From IMG/VR virus record IMGVR_UViG_3300029955_000846: DNA of 64,000 nt, one strand, 5' to 3'. Source of the stretch: an uncultured virus (IMG/VR IMGVR_UViG_3300029955_000846). Its lineage: Duplodnaviria > Heunggongvirae > Uroviricota > Caudoviricetes. A program made the position numbers and the translations under genes. The notes under the pieces are model-generated. The model made no database searches. It was not told where the DNA came from and saw nothing but the letters and a program-made list of their open reading frames with translations. Positions 1 through 9,156 of this stretch are shown one piece after another (within the stretch, counting starts at the first letter, position 1; every line of letters begins with the position of its first letter).

Positions 1-29
1 AGGAAATCGTCGATCTCGTGATCGGTCAT
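1..29 (-). CDS. N-terminal fragment of next host gene (MTDHEIDDF...), possibly an efflux periplasmic adaptor
   Basis: ATG overlaps the TolC-like stop (ATGA); only 9 codons visible; product inferred from context. Confidence 0.3.
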
Positions 30-1120
30 GGCGCGCCCGGCGTGGGGGGCGGTGCATCGGCGGCACCCGCGCCTTGCGCCGCCCACAGCCGCAACAGCGC
101 CGCATCGATCGCCACGCCGGCATCGGCTAGCGCCTCACGCGCGGCGAGCGCCCCGGCCTCGGCGACATAGAGCCCGCCCATCGCCTCCTTGCCGGCGCGA
201 TAGGCGAGGCGCGCGTCGGCCACAGTGGCTTCGGCGGCGGAACTGGTGGCGGTGGCCGCGTTCAGCCGCGCGCGGGCGGCGTTCAGCGCCACTTGCGCGG
301 CATCGATGCCGGCGCGGGCGTGGTCCTGCGCGGTCTGCCACGCGGCGGCATCGGCCATGGCGGCGGCCGGCGCGGCATGGCCGGCCAGCGCCGCATCGAC
401 TTGCGCCTGGGTGATGTGGTGATGCGCCAGATCGGCGATCAACCGGTCCTGCGTGCGCGCCAGATCGGCCGGCCACGCCGGCGCCTCTGGCAACGGATCA
501 TAGACCCGCAGCGCCGCCGTGCCCTCGATCCGCGCGGTCAGCGGCCCCGGGGCATCGCCGATCAGATCCGCCAGCCGCGCCACCGCCGCATCGCGATCGG
601 CGCGCGCGGCCAGCATCGCGCCCTCGTTCAGCCCGACCAGCACCCCTGCCAGCCCGGTATCGACCGCCGAGACAAGCCCTGCCTCGCGGCGGAAACCGGC
701 GATTTCGGCATTGTCGCGCAGGCCCGCGACGGCATCGCCGCGCAAGGTGACATGCGCCTGCGTGCGCCGCGCCTCCAGATAGGCCTGGCCGATCGCTTGT
801 GCCAATTGCGCCCGTGCGTCGGCCAGCGCTTCGGCGCGGGCGCGCAGCGTCGCGGCATCGGGCGCGCGGTGTGGCCAGACAATGCGGGCCGGTGCCGGTA
901 TGGCCGGCGGCGGCGCATGGGCCAGCCCTTCGGCCACCAGATCGGCCAGCAGTGGATCGCCCGTCGCCACCCACCACGCGGGCGCGGCGACCGCCGGGGG
1001 CGCGGCCAGCCGCAGTGCCGCGCCGCCATCGGGCATGCTGCACCCGGCGCAGGCCAAGGCCACCACCATGGCGAGGGCGATCCGCCGGCGCGGTCTGGGG
1101 AAACGGGGCGGGGTCAGCAC
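26..1120 (-). CDS. Host TolC/NodT-family outer-membrane efflux lipoprotein
   Basis: Lipobox-like CAGC; 'WW...GDPLLADLVAEGL' and 'ARLAYRAG' OEP-like motifs; very high GC. Confidence 0.75.
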   Translation of the reverse strand: MLTPPRFPRPRRRIALAMVVALACAGCSMPDGGAALRLAAPPAVAAPAWWVATGDPLLADLVAEGLAHAPPPAIPAPARIVWPHRAPDAATLRARAEALADARAQLAQAIGQAYLEARRTQAHVTLRGDAVAGLRDNAEIAGFRREAGLVSAVDTGLAGVLVGLNEGAMLAARADRDAAVARLADLIGDAPGPLTARIEGTAALRVYDPLPEAPAWPADLARTQDRLIADLAHHHITQAQVDAALAGHAAPAAAMADAAAWQTAQDHARAGIDAAQVALNAARARLNAATATSSAAEATVADARLAYRAGKEAMGGLYVAEAGALAAREALADAGVAIDAALLRLWAAQGAGAADAPPPTPGAP

Positions 1121-1353
1121 AGGTTCACGCTAGTGCGGATCGGGCCAAAGACCAATGCCGTTCGCAACGTATGCGTGCCGCATGGCGGCTTTTGTCGCAC
1201 GGTCGGCATCGGCGGTGTGATCCTGTCTGGTGGCGAAAGGCGCACGGCCACACGGGCGCAAGGCGCCGGGGCAATGCAGCGATCTACGCACGAAACGGCC
1301 GATCGTTCCCGCGCATGGCGGATCGATAACATCGGTGGTGGATGATAAAACGA

Positions 1354-1368
1354 TGGTGCCCGGGGACG
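1354..1368 (-). other. Putative att core: 3' end of a tRNA (CGTCCCCGGGCACCA, tRNA-Leu-like)
   Basis: Ends in CCA, resembles the T-stem/acceptor 3' strand, sits at the host/phage junction; no 5' tRNA half. Confidence 0.7.
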
Positions 1369-1405
1369 TCTCCGCATTGATTGTTTTTATTGGACAATCT
1401 CGGCG

Positions 1406-1426
1406 GATACCCCGCATGATACCCCG
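1406..1426. repeat. GATACCCCG direct repeat (1406-1414, 1418-1426), putative integrase arm sites
   Basis: Exact 9-bp repeat about 40 bp inside the att core. Confidence 0.5.
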
Positions 1427-2131
1427 TCAGAGTCTCTCATCGAGTGACTTGATTTCGTATTCCGCAATCTCTTCTTCAGTGAGCACAACCTCGATATGAC
1501 CAGCGCGGGCGCGGAATTTCTCGATCGTCTCGTAAGACAGCCTCACGAACCGGACGGAAAAACCCTCATCGGCGGCTACAACTCCGATCTGCTGGGCGTT
1601 GTCGAACTCGACCGGGACATCGAAAATAACCGTCCCGTTCGGCTGCTGGCGCCCCGTTGTCGCGTGGCAGGAATAGTGCCGTCCACCCCGGGCAATGATA
1701 TACAAATCGATATGATCGCGCTGCGCGCGGCGATCGTCTTCGTCGGGGAAGGAGACGTTGTGACCGGCCAGGAGCGCATGAGCAGCGAGTATGTGGGTTG
1801 AGGCGGAAAGCTGGCGGCCGCGGACGATCAGATCGCGCTTGGTCAGCCCATTATCCTCGCCCGCCTCGAGCCAGCCCCGCTGCACGCCAAGGATGTCGGA
1901 CAAGATCCGCATCTTGTTCGGGGTCGGTTTGATCCAACCGCGAATGTACTTGCGGATGGTCTCAGGGCTGATCGTGATGCCCTTTTTCTCGAACTCGTCG
2001 ACCAGCCACTTTTGACGGCCGGCGCCAAAGTCTGGGACATTGGGGTTCGTGTCAAGGCATTGGGCAAGACGTTTGGCGAAACCCGGATGGCGAACCACCG
2101 GCGCTTTCGGCGTCTCGATCACTTCGAACAT
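1427..2131 (-). CDS. XRE/CI-like HTH repressor
   Basis: HTH 'ISPETIRKYIRGWIKPTPNKMRILSDILGV...WL'; GGAGG RBS; operator-like palindrome upstream. Confidence 0.75.
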   Translation of the reverse strand: MFEVIETPKAPVVRHPGFAKRLAQCLDTNPNVPDFGAGRQKWLVDEFEKKGITISPETIRKYIRGWIKPTPNKMRILSDILGVQRGWLEAGEDNGLTKRDLIVRGRQLSASTHILAAHALLAGHNVSFPDEDDRRAQRDHIDLYIIARGGRHYSCHATTGRQQPNGTVIFDVPVEFDNAQQIGVVAADEGFSVRFVRLSYETIEKFRARAGHIEVVLTEEEIAEYEIKSLDERL

Positions 2132-2184
2132 CCCCACAACCTCCGCGTGCAGTGTCAGTTTCCCGAGACACTCTAATTGGCTCG

Positions 2185-2203
2185 GGTCAACTTTTGATTG
2201 ACA
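2185..2203. promoter_or_regulatory. 19-bp operator GGTCAA-CTTTTGA-TTGACA
   Basis: Matches phage-wide TCA(C/A)-N7-(G/T)TGA palindrome; upstream of the repressor. Confidence 0.6.
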
Positions 2204-2219
2204 CGGATCTAGGGGGTGG

Positions 2220-3980
2220 TCAACTCAAATCGTGGTTAATCCGAATCGCTTCTAGGAAGCGATTTTGCGTCGCCAACTTGGGATCGAGGTACATCGGATA
2301 GATTTTTTCATCGATCGTACCTTCGGCAATAAGTACGTGATTGATGACAGGGTGCTTTCTCCCTGGCCTTTGAAGGCGGAAGAGAAATTGCGCGAAAAGT
2401 TCAGCATCCGAGGTGAGGCCATATTCGCACATTTGGCCAACGCCCTTCTGCAGGTTTAGACCATGACCAGCAGACGCGCGGTGCGCCAGAAGGATAGGTA
2501 TTTCGTCTGCGTTCCAGCGACGCTTGATATCGATCGCGTTGCTTGGCTTTAATACTTCGGCGTTTGGAAAGGCTTTGCAAATGCGCTCGACGTCGAACTG
2601 ATAGGTGTACGCGACAAGCAATGGAATGCCATCAAGTCCCGTAACGAGTTCCTTGAGGGCCTCGATCTTGCAATCGTGTATCCAAATATCAGATCCGTCC
2701 TCTTGATACATGCTGCCATTCGCAAATTGCAGCAACTTATTATGAAGAACACCGGCATTAACCGCTTCAACATCGTACTGCTCCGATACCATGCGTCGCT
2801 CAAATGTCTTGTATTCATTCAATACTTTACGCGGTAATTTTACGCGAATTGGATTGATGATCGGATCGCCCGGAAGCTCTGCGGCTAGTTCATCGGGATT
2901 TACCGAAAACATGATGTCGCGGATCTTGTCAACAATTTCATTGAATGAGTGATCGTGCGGCTTGGTTTCTCTTGTGTAAGTATTTGACCAGAACCACCTA
3001 TCCATGAATGCTTTCTTGTCGGTCCCCAATCTCTCGCCCAAATCCACGAGATACGAGAGTCCCCACACGTTTTCGAGTCCTCGAGGGGTGGGAGTTCCAC
3101 ACAACTGAATGGTGGCTTTCACCTTTTTGCGCGCGCGGGCGAGGATACCAAAGCGCGACAATGGGGCCGCTTTGCCTTCGTCCGATCGGCCTCGGTTCAC
3201 ACGCTTGCGGCCAGACCGCCCTTCGCGAAGATCGTCGAGGATCAGCGCGTCATAAGGCCACCGCCGCCCGGCGCCGAAATGATCCCACAGCCAGGGGAGC
3301 GCCTCCTTGTTGACGATATGCAGTTCAGTGTCCTGGGCGGCCAGGCGCGCCAGCTTGGCATATTTGAACCGGAGGGCGTAGAAATCGCGGATCTTGCCTG
3401 CGAGATCGCCTGGCGATTGTAGCAGAGGCTCTTTGTCCTTGCGCCGAGCTATTGCACGCTCTTTCCAACGAAACCGCACTGCGCCGCGGGCCTGGGTGGC
3501 TTTCAGCGCCGGCTCCCGCGCAACATGCGCCTCGAACACCGCTTGGTATCGTCGCAACGCGCGCTGATAGATCTGGTCGGAATAGGCCACCAATTCGGTG
3601 TCGTCATCTTCCACGCGCAGCAGGGTGAACGTGGTTTGGCGCGTTTCCTCCCATTCGCCAAGCTCATCGGGCCACCCAGTTTGGGCGACCAGAAGAGGGG
3701 CTATGATAAGCGGCTTGAGCACCTCCCCGCGATCGAGCAGCCGGCGGAGGGCCTGCAGGGTGACACCCGTCTTGCCGCCGCCGCAGGGAAACGCGATCAG
3801 CACGCCCGGGAGTTTGTCGACCGGGGCAAAGCACTGCTCGATCAATTGGACCCCCCGAAGCTGCGAGGGTCGCAGCTTGCTCCATGAGAGGCGCTCGATC
3901 CCATCGGAGGGGATCTCCGGGGCGTCGTCATCGACCAGGGTGTCGAGAAAAAGGACAGAGAGCAGTTCGTCAGTGAACAT
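2220..3980 (-). CDS. SNF2-family helicase
   Basis: Motif I GGGKT, degenerate motif II 'LILDD', 'LCGTPTP', 'SAGHGLNLQ', 'RLQRPG'. Confidence 0.9.
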   Translation of the reverse strand: MFTDELLSVLFLDTLVDDDAPEIPSDGIERLSWSKLRPSQLRGVQLIEQCFAPVDKLPGVLIAFPCGGGKTGVTLQALRRLLDRGEVLKPLIIAPLLVAQTGWPDELGEWEETRQTTFTLLRVEDDDTELVAYSDQIYQRALRRYQAVFEAHVAREPALKATQARGAVRFRWKERAIARRKDKEPLLQSPGDLAGKIRDFYALRFKYAKLARLAAQDTELHIVNKEALPWLWDHFGAGRRWPYDALILDDLREGRSGRKRVNRGRSDEGKAAPLSRFGILARARKKVKATIQLCGTPTPRGLENVWGLSYLVDLGERLGTDKKAFMDRWFWSNTYTRETKPHDHSFNEIVDKIRDIMFSVNPDELAAELPGDPIINPIRVKLPRKVLNEYKTFERRMVSEQYDVEAVNAGVLHNKLLQFANGSMYQEDGSDIWIHDCKIEALKELVTGLDGIPLLVAYTYQFDVERICKAFPNAEVLKPSNAIDIKRRWNADEIPILLAHRASAGHGLNLQKGVGQMCEYGLTSDAELFAQFLFRLQRPGRKHPVINHVLIAEGTIDEKIYPMYLDPKLATQNRFLEAIRINHDLS

Positions 3981-4195
3981 CAGTGGATCAACCGAAAACG
4001 GGTGATTTGGCCTTTGGGATCCCGCACATATTCTGCGATTCCCGCCTCGATAAGATTATTCGCGGTGGTCGGCATGAACGGCCCAGACTCACCCTGAGCA
4101 AGGTAGACGCGGCCGCCGGCTCGGGTTTTCGCCACTGCCGCATCCCCGCCATGTTCTCGCATCCAAGCGAGTGCGGTTTTCATTGCCGGCGTCAT
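3980..4195 (-). CDS. Hypothetical phage protein
   Basis: Overlaps both neighbours (translational coupling). Confidence 0.6.
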   Translation of the reverse strand: MTPAMKTALAWMREHGGDAAVAKTRAGGRVYLAQGESGPFMPTTANNLIEAGIAEYVRDPKGQITRFRLIH

Positions 4196-4473
4196 GCGGC
4201 CGCATCCAGGAGTGCGCGAGCCGTTTCGAAGTCGTTGACAAGATGGACCCGGAATCCATGGTCTCGCAGGCGCCGGTGCTCGCGCACCTGGTTGCCATCA
4301 GGCTGCGCGGGGCGCCCGGCGCGCTTGATCTCCATGATGACGATCGCCCCGTGCTTGAAAAACCAGCGATCCGGGCAGCCGCGGCGCCCAGGATAGATCA
4401 TCTTCCGGACCAGCCAGCCGCAGGCTTCGGCATAGGCGACGATCTGATCCTCAAGGACGATTTCGCGTGCCAC
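4192..4473 (-). CDS. VRR-NUC nuclease
   Basis: 'GRRGCPDR...EIKR...Q' PD-(D/E)xK motif between polymerase and helicase. Confidence 0.9.
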   Translation of the reverse strand: MAREIVLEDQIVAYAEACGWLVRKMIYPGRRGCPDRWFFKHGAIVIMEIKRAGRPAQPDGNQVREHRRLRDHGFRVHLVNDFETARALLDAAA

Positions 4474-4474
4474 C

Positions 4475-6520
4475 TTAAACTCCGTGAGTCACTAAAAGAG
4501 TGACTAGTTCTTGAACCCAAACAGGCGCCTCGACAAGAGTGGGCGATGCAAAATCGTGGATGCCAACCTCACGCAAAATCTTGTGGGCTTCGTCGATATA
4601 GGCCTGGAAGTTCAGATCATCAGGGAAGTGGGTAGGAAGCTGCATGCACGGCTGAGCGCCATCGCTGTCACTCACCTTCTTGTAGTTGCCGGTAGTCTCA
4701 TGTGGTGTCCGATAGTAGATCGGCGCGCCACCCTGGCCCCAGTAATAGCGAACCACCTTGCCCAGGAAATCGAAATCCTTGACGGCGATCCGGGCCTCAA
4801 ACTCGGCCGGGTCTTCCTTTTTGCCCTTTGACGGGATCTCCCGGCCGCCCCAAATCGCGCCGCCTTTCACATTGACCACCGTGATAAACTGCGTGAAATC
4901 GGTCGCCCGCAAGATAGTCTGCTCGATCGGTGTGCCATCCAGAATGTATTGCATCGCGGCATCCGCGCAGATCGTCATCTTGGGGTTTTTCATCAGGCGC
5001 TCTCGGATCGCCTTGGGGTCCAACCAGGGGTTTGCCAGCGCGCCTTTGCGCTTGACCTTGCCGTCCGGCTTGATCGCGAAATAGCTGTTCACGGACTGAT
5101 TGTGGAGCGAGCGGTATTTGACGAACTCAAGATCGAAGCCAGTCCGCGCCTCCCATTGGTCGGTGATGTCCTTCAGGCAGGGGAGGCTGTTTTCCAGAAA
5201 TGGCGGCCGATCCAGTAGCCGGTCGCCGGCAACCTCGTTCGACTGCTCGCGCGGCACCAAGAAGGTCACACCATCGGTATTCGCCGAAACGGCACCGATC
5301 CCGGCAAGGTGGGCGGCCTCGATCATCATCAGGATCGCCAACTGCCCGGTCAGCGTGATGGCGATCGTCATCGGCGGCGAGTAGGCGGGTGACCAGATAT
5401 TGCTGGTCAACCCGAAGAACCCGTTGAGGCTGATTTTGAGGCTCTCGGCCTTTGTCTTCAATCCGGCCTTTTTGGCGGCGATGCGCTCGGCACGGATCTG
5501 GAAATAGACCTGCAGCAGGATGGGGCCCATGGCGGGCGGATAGAGGCCCAGACCGAGGATGATGGCCGGGTAGAACGAGGCAACGTCGACGTCGATCAGT
5601 TCGAACTGGTTGTCTGAGTAGACAGAGCGGTTGGCTTCGGTGGAATGGAGACCACCGATCCCCATCTGGTAGGCCATGCCGCCGATGACGATTTTCTCTT
5701 TCTCGAGAAATGCCGGCAGGTCGACCTTTCCGTCAGCCTTCACCCGGAAATCGTGTTCGAGGATCCGCGCCAGCAGCGCTTGCATTTCGGGCGTCTTGAA
5801 GCGGATGAAGCCCGGCGCCTCGTAACGGAACTTGTGTCCAGCCATTGTGCCGGGCTTTTGCAGTCGCCGGCCGATCTGATCCTCGATCCGCTTTTTCAGA
5901 ATGGCAAAGCCAACCTGGGTGTCGCTCTTGGATCGGACGTCCACTCCGATATCGGCAGTGATTGACTCACGGATCGCCATCGGCTCAGCAAGGGATTCCC
6001 AGAGCAGCCGGGTCGTATCGAGATCGTTGACCATATAGGTCAGGACATTGCGGATCTGGTCGTCGGTCAGCACGGTGTCGGGGGTGTATGGGAGATCCTG
6101 CAACTTCGGGGCATGCAGCCGGCCGCCAAGCGTCTTGAGGTTGGCCACTGCGTTCGGCTGCGGCTCGATCAGGTCGATGAAATCGGAATAGGGGATGCGC
6201 CCGAAGCCCGGAACGAACTCGTTCAGGACATCCTCAGTTTCCCACCAGCGCACGCGCCCGAGGATGATCCGATCGCTCATTTCTTTGAGGCGTTCGTTCG
6301 ACAGGCCGCTGATGGCGGCCCAGATCATCGCCCGGTCATAGCCGAGGCCATTGTAGGTCACGATGCAGTTGCCGAGCATCAGGCGGCGCAACTTCTCACG
6401 GTTCAATTCGCGGCCCGGCGTCTTCGCCATGACCAACGTCTTGTGGTCGGTCGCGCGCTGGAATCCGATCGACCACAGGTTAGGATAGCATTCGGTATCG
6501 GAGATCAGGGTGTCGGCCAT
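4475..6520 (-). CDS. Phage DNA polymerase, family B-like
   Basis: Exo 'DTE'; motif A DVASFYP, motif B KISLNGFFG, motif C NTDG. Confidence 0.9.
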   Translation of the reverse strand: MADTLISDTECYPNLWSIGFQRATDHKTLVMAKTPGRELNREKLRRLMLGNCIVTYNGLGYDRAMIWAAISGLSNERLKEMSDRIILGRVRWWETEDVLNEFVPGFGRIPYSDFIDLIEPQPNAVANLKTLGGRLHAPKLQDLPYTPDTVLTDDQIRNVLTYMVNDLDTTRLLWESLAEPMAIRESITADIGVDVRSKSDTQVGFAILKKRIEDQIGRRLQKPGTMAGHKFRYEAPGFIRFKTPEMQALLARILEHDFRVKADGKVDLPAFLEKEKIVIGGMAYQMGIGGLHSTEANRSVYSDNQFELIDVDVASFYPAIILGLGLYPPAMGPILLQVYFQIRAERIAAKKAGLKTKAESLKISLNGFFGLTSNIWSPAYSPPMTIAITLTGQLAILMMIEAAHLAGIGAVSANTDGVTFLVPREQSNEVAGDRLLDRPPFLENSLPCLKDITDQWEARTGFDLEFVKYRSLHNQSVNSYFAIKPDGKVKRKGALANPWLDPKAIRERLMKNPKMTICADAAMQYILDGTPIEQTILRATDFTQFITVVNVKGGAIWGGREIPSKGKKEDPAEFEARIAVKDFDFLGKVVRYYWGQGGAPIYYRTPHETTGNYKKVSDSDGAQPCMQLPTHFPDDLNFQAYIDEAHKILREVGIHDFASPTLVEAPVWVQELVTLLVTHGV
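4487..4505. promoter_or_regulatory. 19-bp operator AGTCAC-TAAAAGA-GTGACT
   Basis: Perfect half-sites inside the pol 3' end, upstream of VRR-NUC. Confidence 0.7.
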
Positions 6521-6714
6521 CAGTCATAAATCCGCACGGGTTTCGGGCCAGGCCACGCTTTTGTGCAGGCATCCCGATTATGGTCGCGGCCGCCACAGTA
6601 CGAGCAGTGCAGGCGCGCTCGGCCAGCTTGGCCCCGGTGCGACTTCGGGCAATAATCGGCTGAATGCAGGCTGCTGCCGCAATAGCTGCACCGAATGCTT
6701 CCACGGCGGATCAC
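6520..6714 (-). CDS. 64-aa protein with two CCHC zinc knuckles
   Basis: CSYCGSSLHSADYC and CSYCGGRDHNRDAC = C-X2-C-X4-H-X4-C; GTG start overlaps upstream stop. Confidence 0.75.
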   Translation of the reverse strand: MIRRGSIRCSYCGSSLHSADYCPKSHRGQAGRARLHCSYCGGRDHNRDACTKAWPGPKPVRIYD

Positions 6715-6809
6715 CGATAGCGCTCCCGCAGCCACGCGAGCAAGGCAAACGGCACGATGATCGGCCACAGGAACGCCGGGACCACGAGGTCGACCATCAC
6801 GTCTTTCAT
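6711..6809 (-). CDS. 32-aa single-TM peptide (MKDVMVDLVVPAFLWPIIVPFALLAWLRERYR)
   Basis: ATGA and GTGA overlaps with both neighbours; hydrophobic core. Confidence 0.6.
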   Translation of the reverse strand: MKDVMVDLVVPAFLWPIIVPFALLAWLRERYR

Positions 6810-7075
6810 GAGAAAGACACCTTTTCCAGCTTGGCGATCTGCTTTTTGAGACTCGCGATTTTCTTTTCGCGCATCGCTTCGGCAGCCGCCTTGGCGTCGG
6901 CCTCGTTGTCGAAGATGTTCTTGCCGAGATACAGGATAGCGTCGAAGATATGGCCCCTCGGTTTGGCCAGAAGAACTCCTTCCCTGATCCCGGTCTTGGC
7001 CGCGCCGATCTTCTCGATGCCGCCACTCAGGGCATACTTGGTGATCCAGAACGGCCCGTTCATATCTAACTCCAT
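6806..7075 (-). CDS. Hypothetical phage protein
   Basis: In operon; C-terminal coiled coil. Confidence 0.65.
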   Translation of the reverse strand: MELDMNGPFWITKYALSGGIEKIGAAKTGIREGVLLAKPRGHIFDAILYLGKNIFDNEADAKAAAEAMREKKIASLKKQIAKLEKVSFS

Positions 7076-7155
7076 CGCCTATGGTGCCGGGCTGTGGGCG
7101 CGCGGCCCGGCTTCGCGCTGCACACCGGCTCCCCCACGAAGCCGGCAGCCCGATC

Positions 7156-7893
7156 TCAAACTAGATCGTCGTCATCATCGTCGATGGTGCCGCCCGACTT
7201 GCCGGCGGGCGCGCCGTCCTCATCGTCGTCTTCCTCATCGAGCAGGTTGTTCGCATCGACCTGCTTGCGTCCGAACGGCTCGCCATGAGCCTTGAACTGG
7301 ACCACTTCGATGGCGCAATTGACCCGGTCTGGATTGCCGTTCTTCTTGCCATCGTAGCCGTAGATCGTGACGACGAGATTGGCGCGGCAACCGCTGTAGA
7401 TCAGGCCATCCGACTGCTTCAGCTTCGGGAAAACTGGCTCACCCTTGTCATTCTTGGCCGTCTTCTTCGGCCCGAGGATCTGCACAGGGCCGCTGGTCGG
7501 GCCATCAGCCTTCGACTTGCAGCGCAGCAGCATCATGCCCTCGGTTTCCGGACGCAGCGGCTTGCGCACGCCCTTGCCGGTATCTTCGTCGATCGAATCT
7601 GGATCGATCGGCTCTCCATCGACGAAACAGCGGCGCTCGGCAGGAATCGTTTTATCGCCCCCAGGCCATCGCGCCGCGATGGCGTCCTTGATAGCCTTCT
7701 GGATCTGGGCGACCTGTGGGTTTTTGCTAGCGTCAGGCAAGCGCTTGGGAACAAGCCCTTCGAGTTCCTGGTTCCAACTTTCGCGGCCGGTGACATCATC
7801 CTTGTAATAACGTGCTTCAAAAAGGTGAACGTAGCTGATCCGGATATCCTTCAGGATAAGCTGAATGTTCATCTCTTTCTTTTCTTCGGCCAT
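7156..7893 (-). CDS. DUF2815 / gp2.5-like ssDNA-binding protein
   Basis: 'RISYVHLFE', 'IYSGCRAN', 'VQF...GEPFG', acidic tail; sits between DUF2800 and pol. Confidence 0.85.
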   Translation of the reverse strand: MAEEKKEMNIQLILKDIRISYVHLFEARYYKDDVTGRESWNQELEGLVPKRLPDASKNPQVAQIQKAIKDAIAARWPGGDKTIPAERRCFVDGEPIDPDSIDEDTGKGVRKPLRPETEGMMLLRCKSKADGPTSGPVQILGPKKTAKNDKGEPVFPKLKQSDGLIYSGCRANLVVTIYGYDGKKNGNPDRVNCAIEVVQFKAHGEPFGRKQVDANNLLDEEDDDEDGAPAGKSGGTIDDDDDDLV

Positions 7894-7908
7894 CTTCGTT
7901 CTCCACTT

Positions 7909-9141
7909 TCAAATCAAATCGTCATCATCTTCTTCATCGAGCAGGGACTCCGCGAGCACCTTCGCAGGGCGTGGGTCGGACGCCAGCACCAGCATCGGCT
8001 TGCCGGGCGCGCGGGTGATCTGGGCTTGTAGGTCCTTCCAGAGATCCGGATGCCCGGCCTTCTTGCGACCCGGTTTCGTGACCTTCTCGGCGCCAGCCGG
8101 GCCGATCAGCTTTTTCGTGTAGGCGGCTTCATCCAGCGCCTTGACGAGCATTGCTTCGACCTTCTTCTCATCGACCCACTGCCGATCCCCCTGCGGACCG
8201 TCGATTGCCTTGAGACCCGGAGGCGCATTGTTGTGAAGCGCCTGCAACATCCCATCGGCCTCGAGCTTCTTCAGGTAGGAATCCAGCATCGTGCGATGGC
8301 GAATGAGGTAGGACGCGCGCGCTGGCGGCAGCCCGGCATACGGCACCTCCTGCGGCGCGCGGTCCTCGTCGACATCGTCATCGTCAAAATAGGTCTGGGC
8401 AATCTCGTAGTGGAAATCATCATAGGCCTTGCAGCCGCCCGGCTTACCGACGGCACAGAATCGGCACTGCTCTTTGCCCGCGATCCGGGGTGCGTCGGGC
8501 TTGTTGGCCGCGTCGTAGATCTCGCGCATCTCGGCGCCGAAGGTCATCAATTCGGCAACATCGATCGTCCAGGGTTCCCAGAACCGCGGTGCTCCAGCCA
8601 GCCGTGGCTGTTCGATGATCATCATCACCTCGTCGACCTCGATCCCACGAGGCTTGAGGTGGGTTTCGATGAACCCGATGGCGTAAGCCCGGATCTGGTA
8701 GTTGCCGACGATCGGCACGCAGATACCCATGCCGAACTTCCAGTCGAAGACGATCAGCCGCCAGCGCCCATCGTCGAGCAGCACGAGTATGGCGACGTCG
8801 AGGGTGCCAAACTGGCCGGGCATGTAGGGGTCGAGATTGACCCTGCATTCCACGAACAGTTCGGCATCCTGATCGCGGATCCAGTCGAGCGCGCGAACCA
8901 TGCACTCGACCAGTTCGTCAGTCGCCGTGAACTCGAACCCGTCAACCGTGCGGGTCTGGCCAACGAAGTCAAAGGGATCGAGATCCAGATCAAGGCAGGC
9001 GGCAGCGATGTCGTGGAGGAACGTCCCCTCGGCGGCTTCGATGCTCGGCTTGCGCTCAGCCTTTTCGTTCGCCGCGACCCTGCCCGGGCAAAGTTTCGTC
9101 GCCTTGAGAGACGAAGGTCCAATGCGCGCGTGCAGGGCCAT
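7909..9141 (-). CDS. DUF2800 PD-(D/E)xK (Cas4-like) exonuclease
   Basis: 'HARIGPSS...CPG', 'AAEGTFLH', 'FGTLD', 'DWKFG', 'QCRFC'. Confidence 0.88.
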   Translation of the reverse strand: MALHARIGPSSLKATKLCPGRVAANEKAERKPSIEAAEGTFLHDIAAACLDLDLDPFDFVGQTRTVDGFEFTATDELVECMVRALDWIRDQDAELFVECRVNLDPYMPGQFGTLDVAILVLLDDGRWRLIVFDWKFGMGICVPIVGNYQIRAYAIGFIETHLKPRGIEVDEVMMIIEQPRLAGAPRFWEPWTIDVAELMTFGAEMREIYDAANKPDAPRIAGKEQCRFCAVGKPGGCKAYDDFHYEIAQTYFDDDDVDEDRAPQEVPYAGLPPARASYLIRHRTMLDSYLKKLEADGMLQALHNNAPPGLKAIDGPQGDRQWVDEKKVEAMLVKALDEAAYTKKLIGPAGAEKVTKPGRKKAGHPDLWKDLQAQITRAPGKPMLVLASDPRPAKVLAESLLDEEDDDDLI

Positions 9142-9156
9142 TGGGTGATCCGCCGA

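Noticed and set aside
1290..1440. Complete tRNA gene
   Set aside because: Only 15 nt of the 3' end match; no T-loop, anticodon or D arm
6520..7026. 168-aa ORF as called by the track
   Set aside because: Its 5' part overlaps two better coupled genes; the likely start is GTG 6714
7085..7152. GC-rich alternative hairpins after the SSB gene as a riboswitch or attenuator
   Set aside because: Short, no U-tract or recognisable aptamer; more likely a stability or pause hairpin
7909..9141. Cas4-like nuclease as part of a CRISPR system
   Set aside because: Standard DUF2800-DUF2815-polymerase phage replication context
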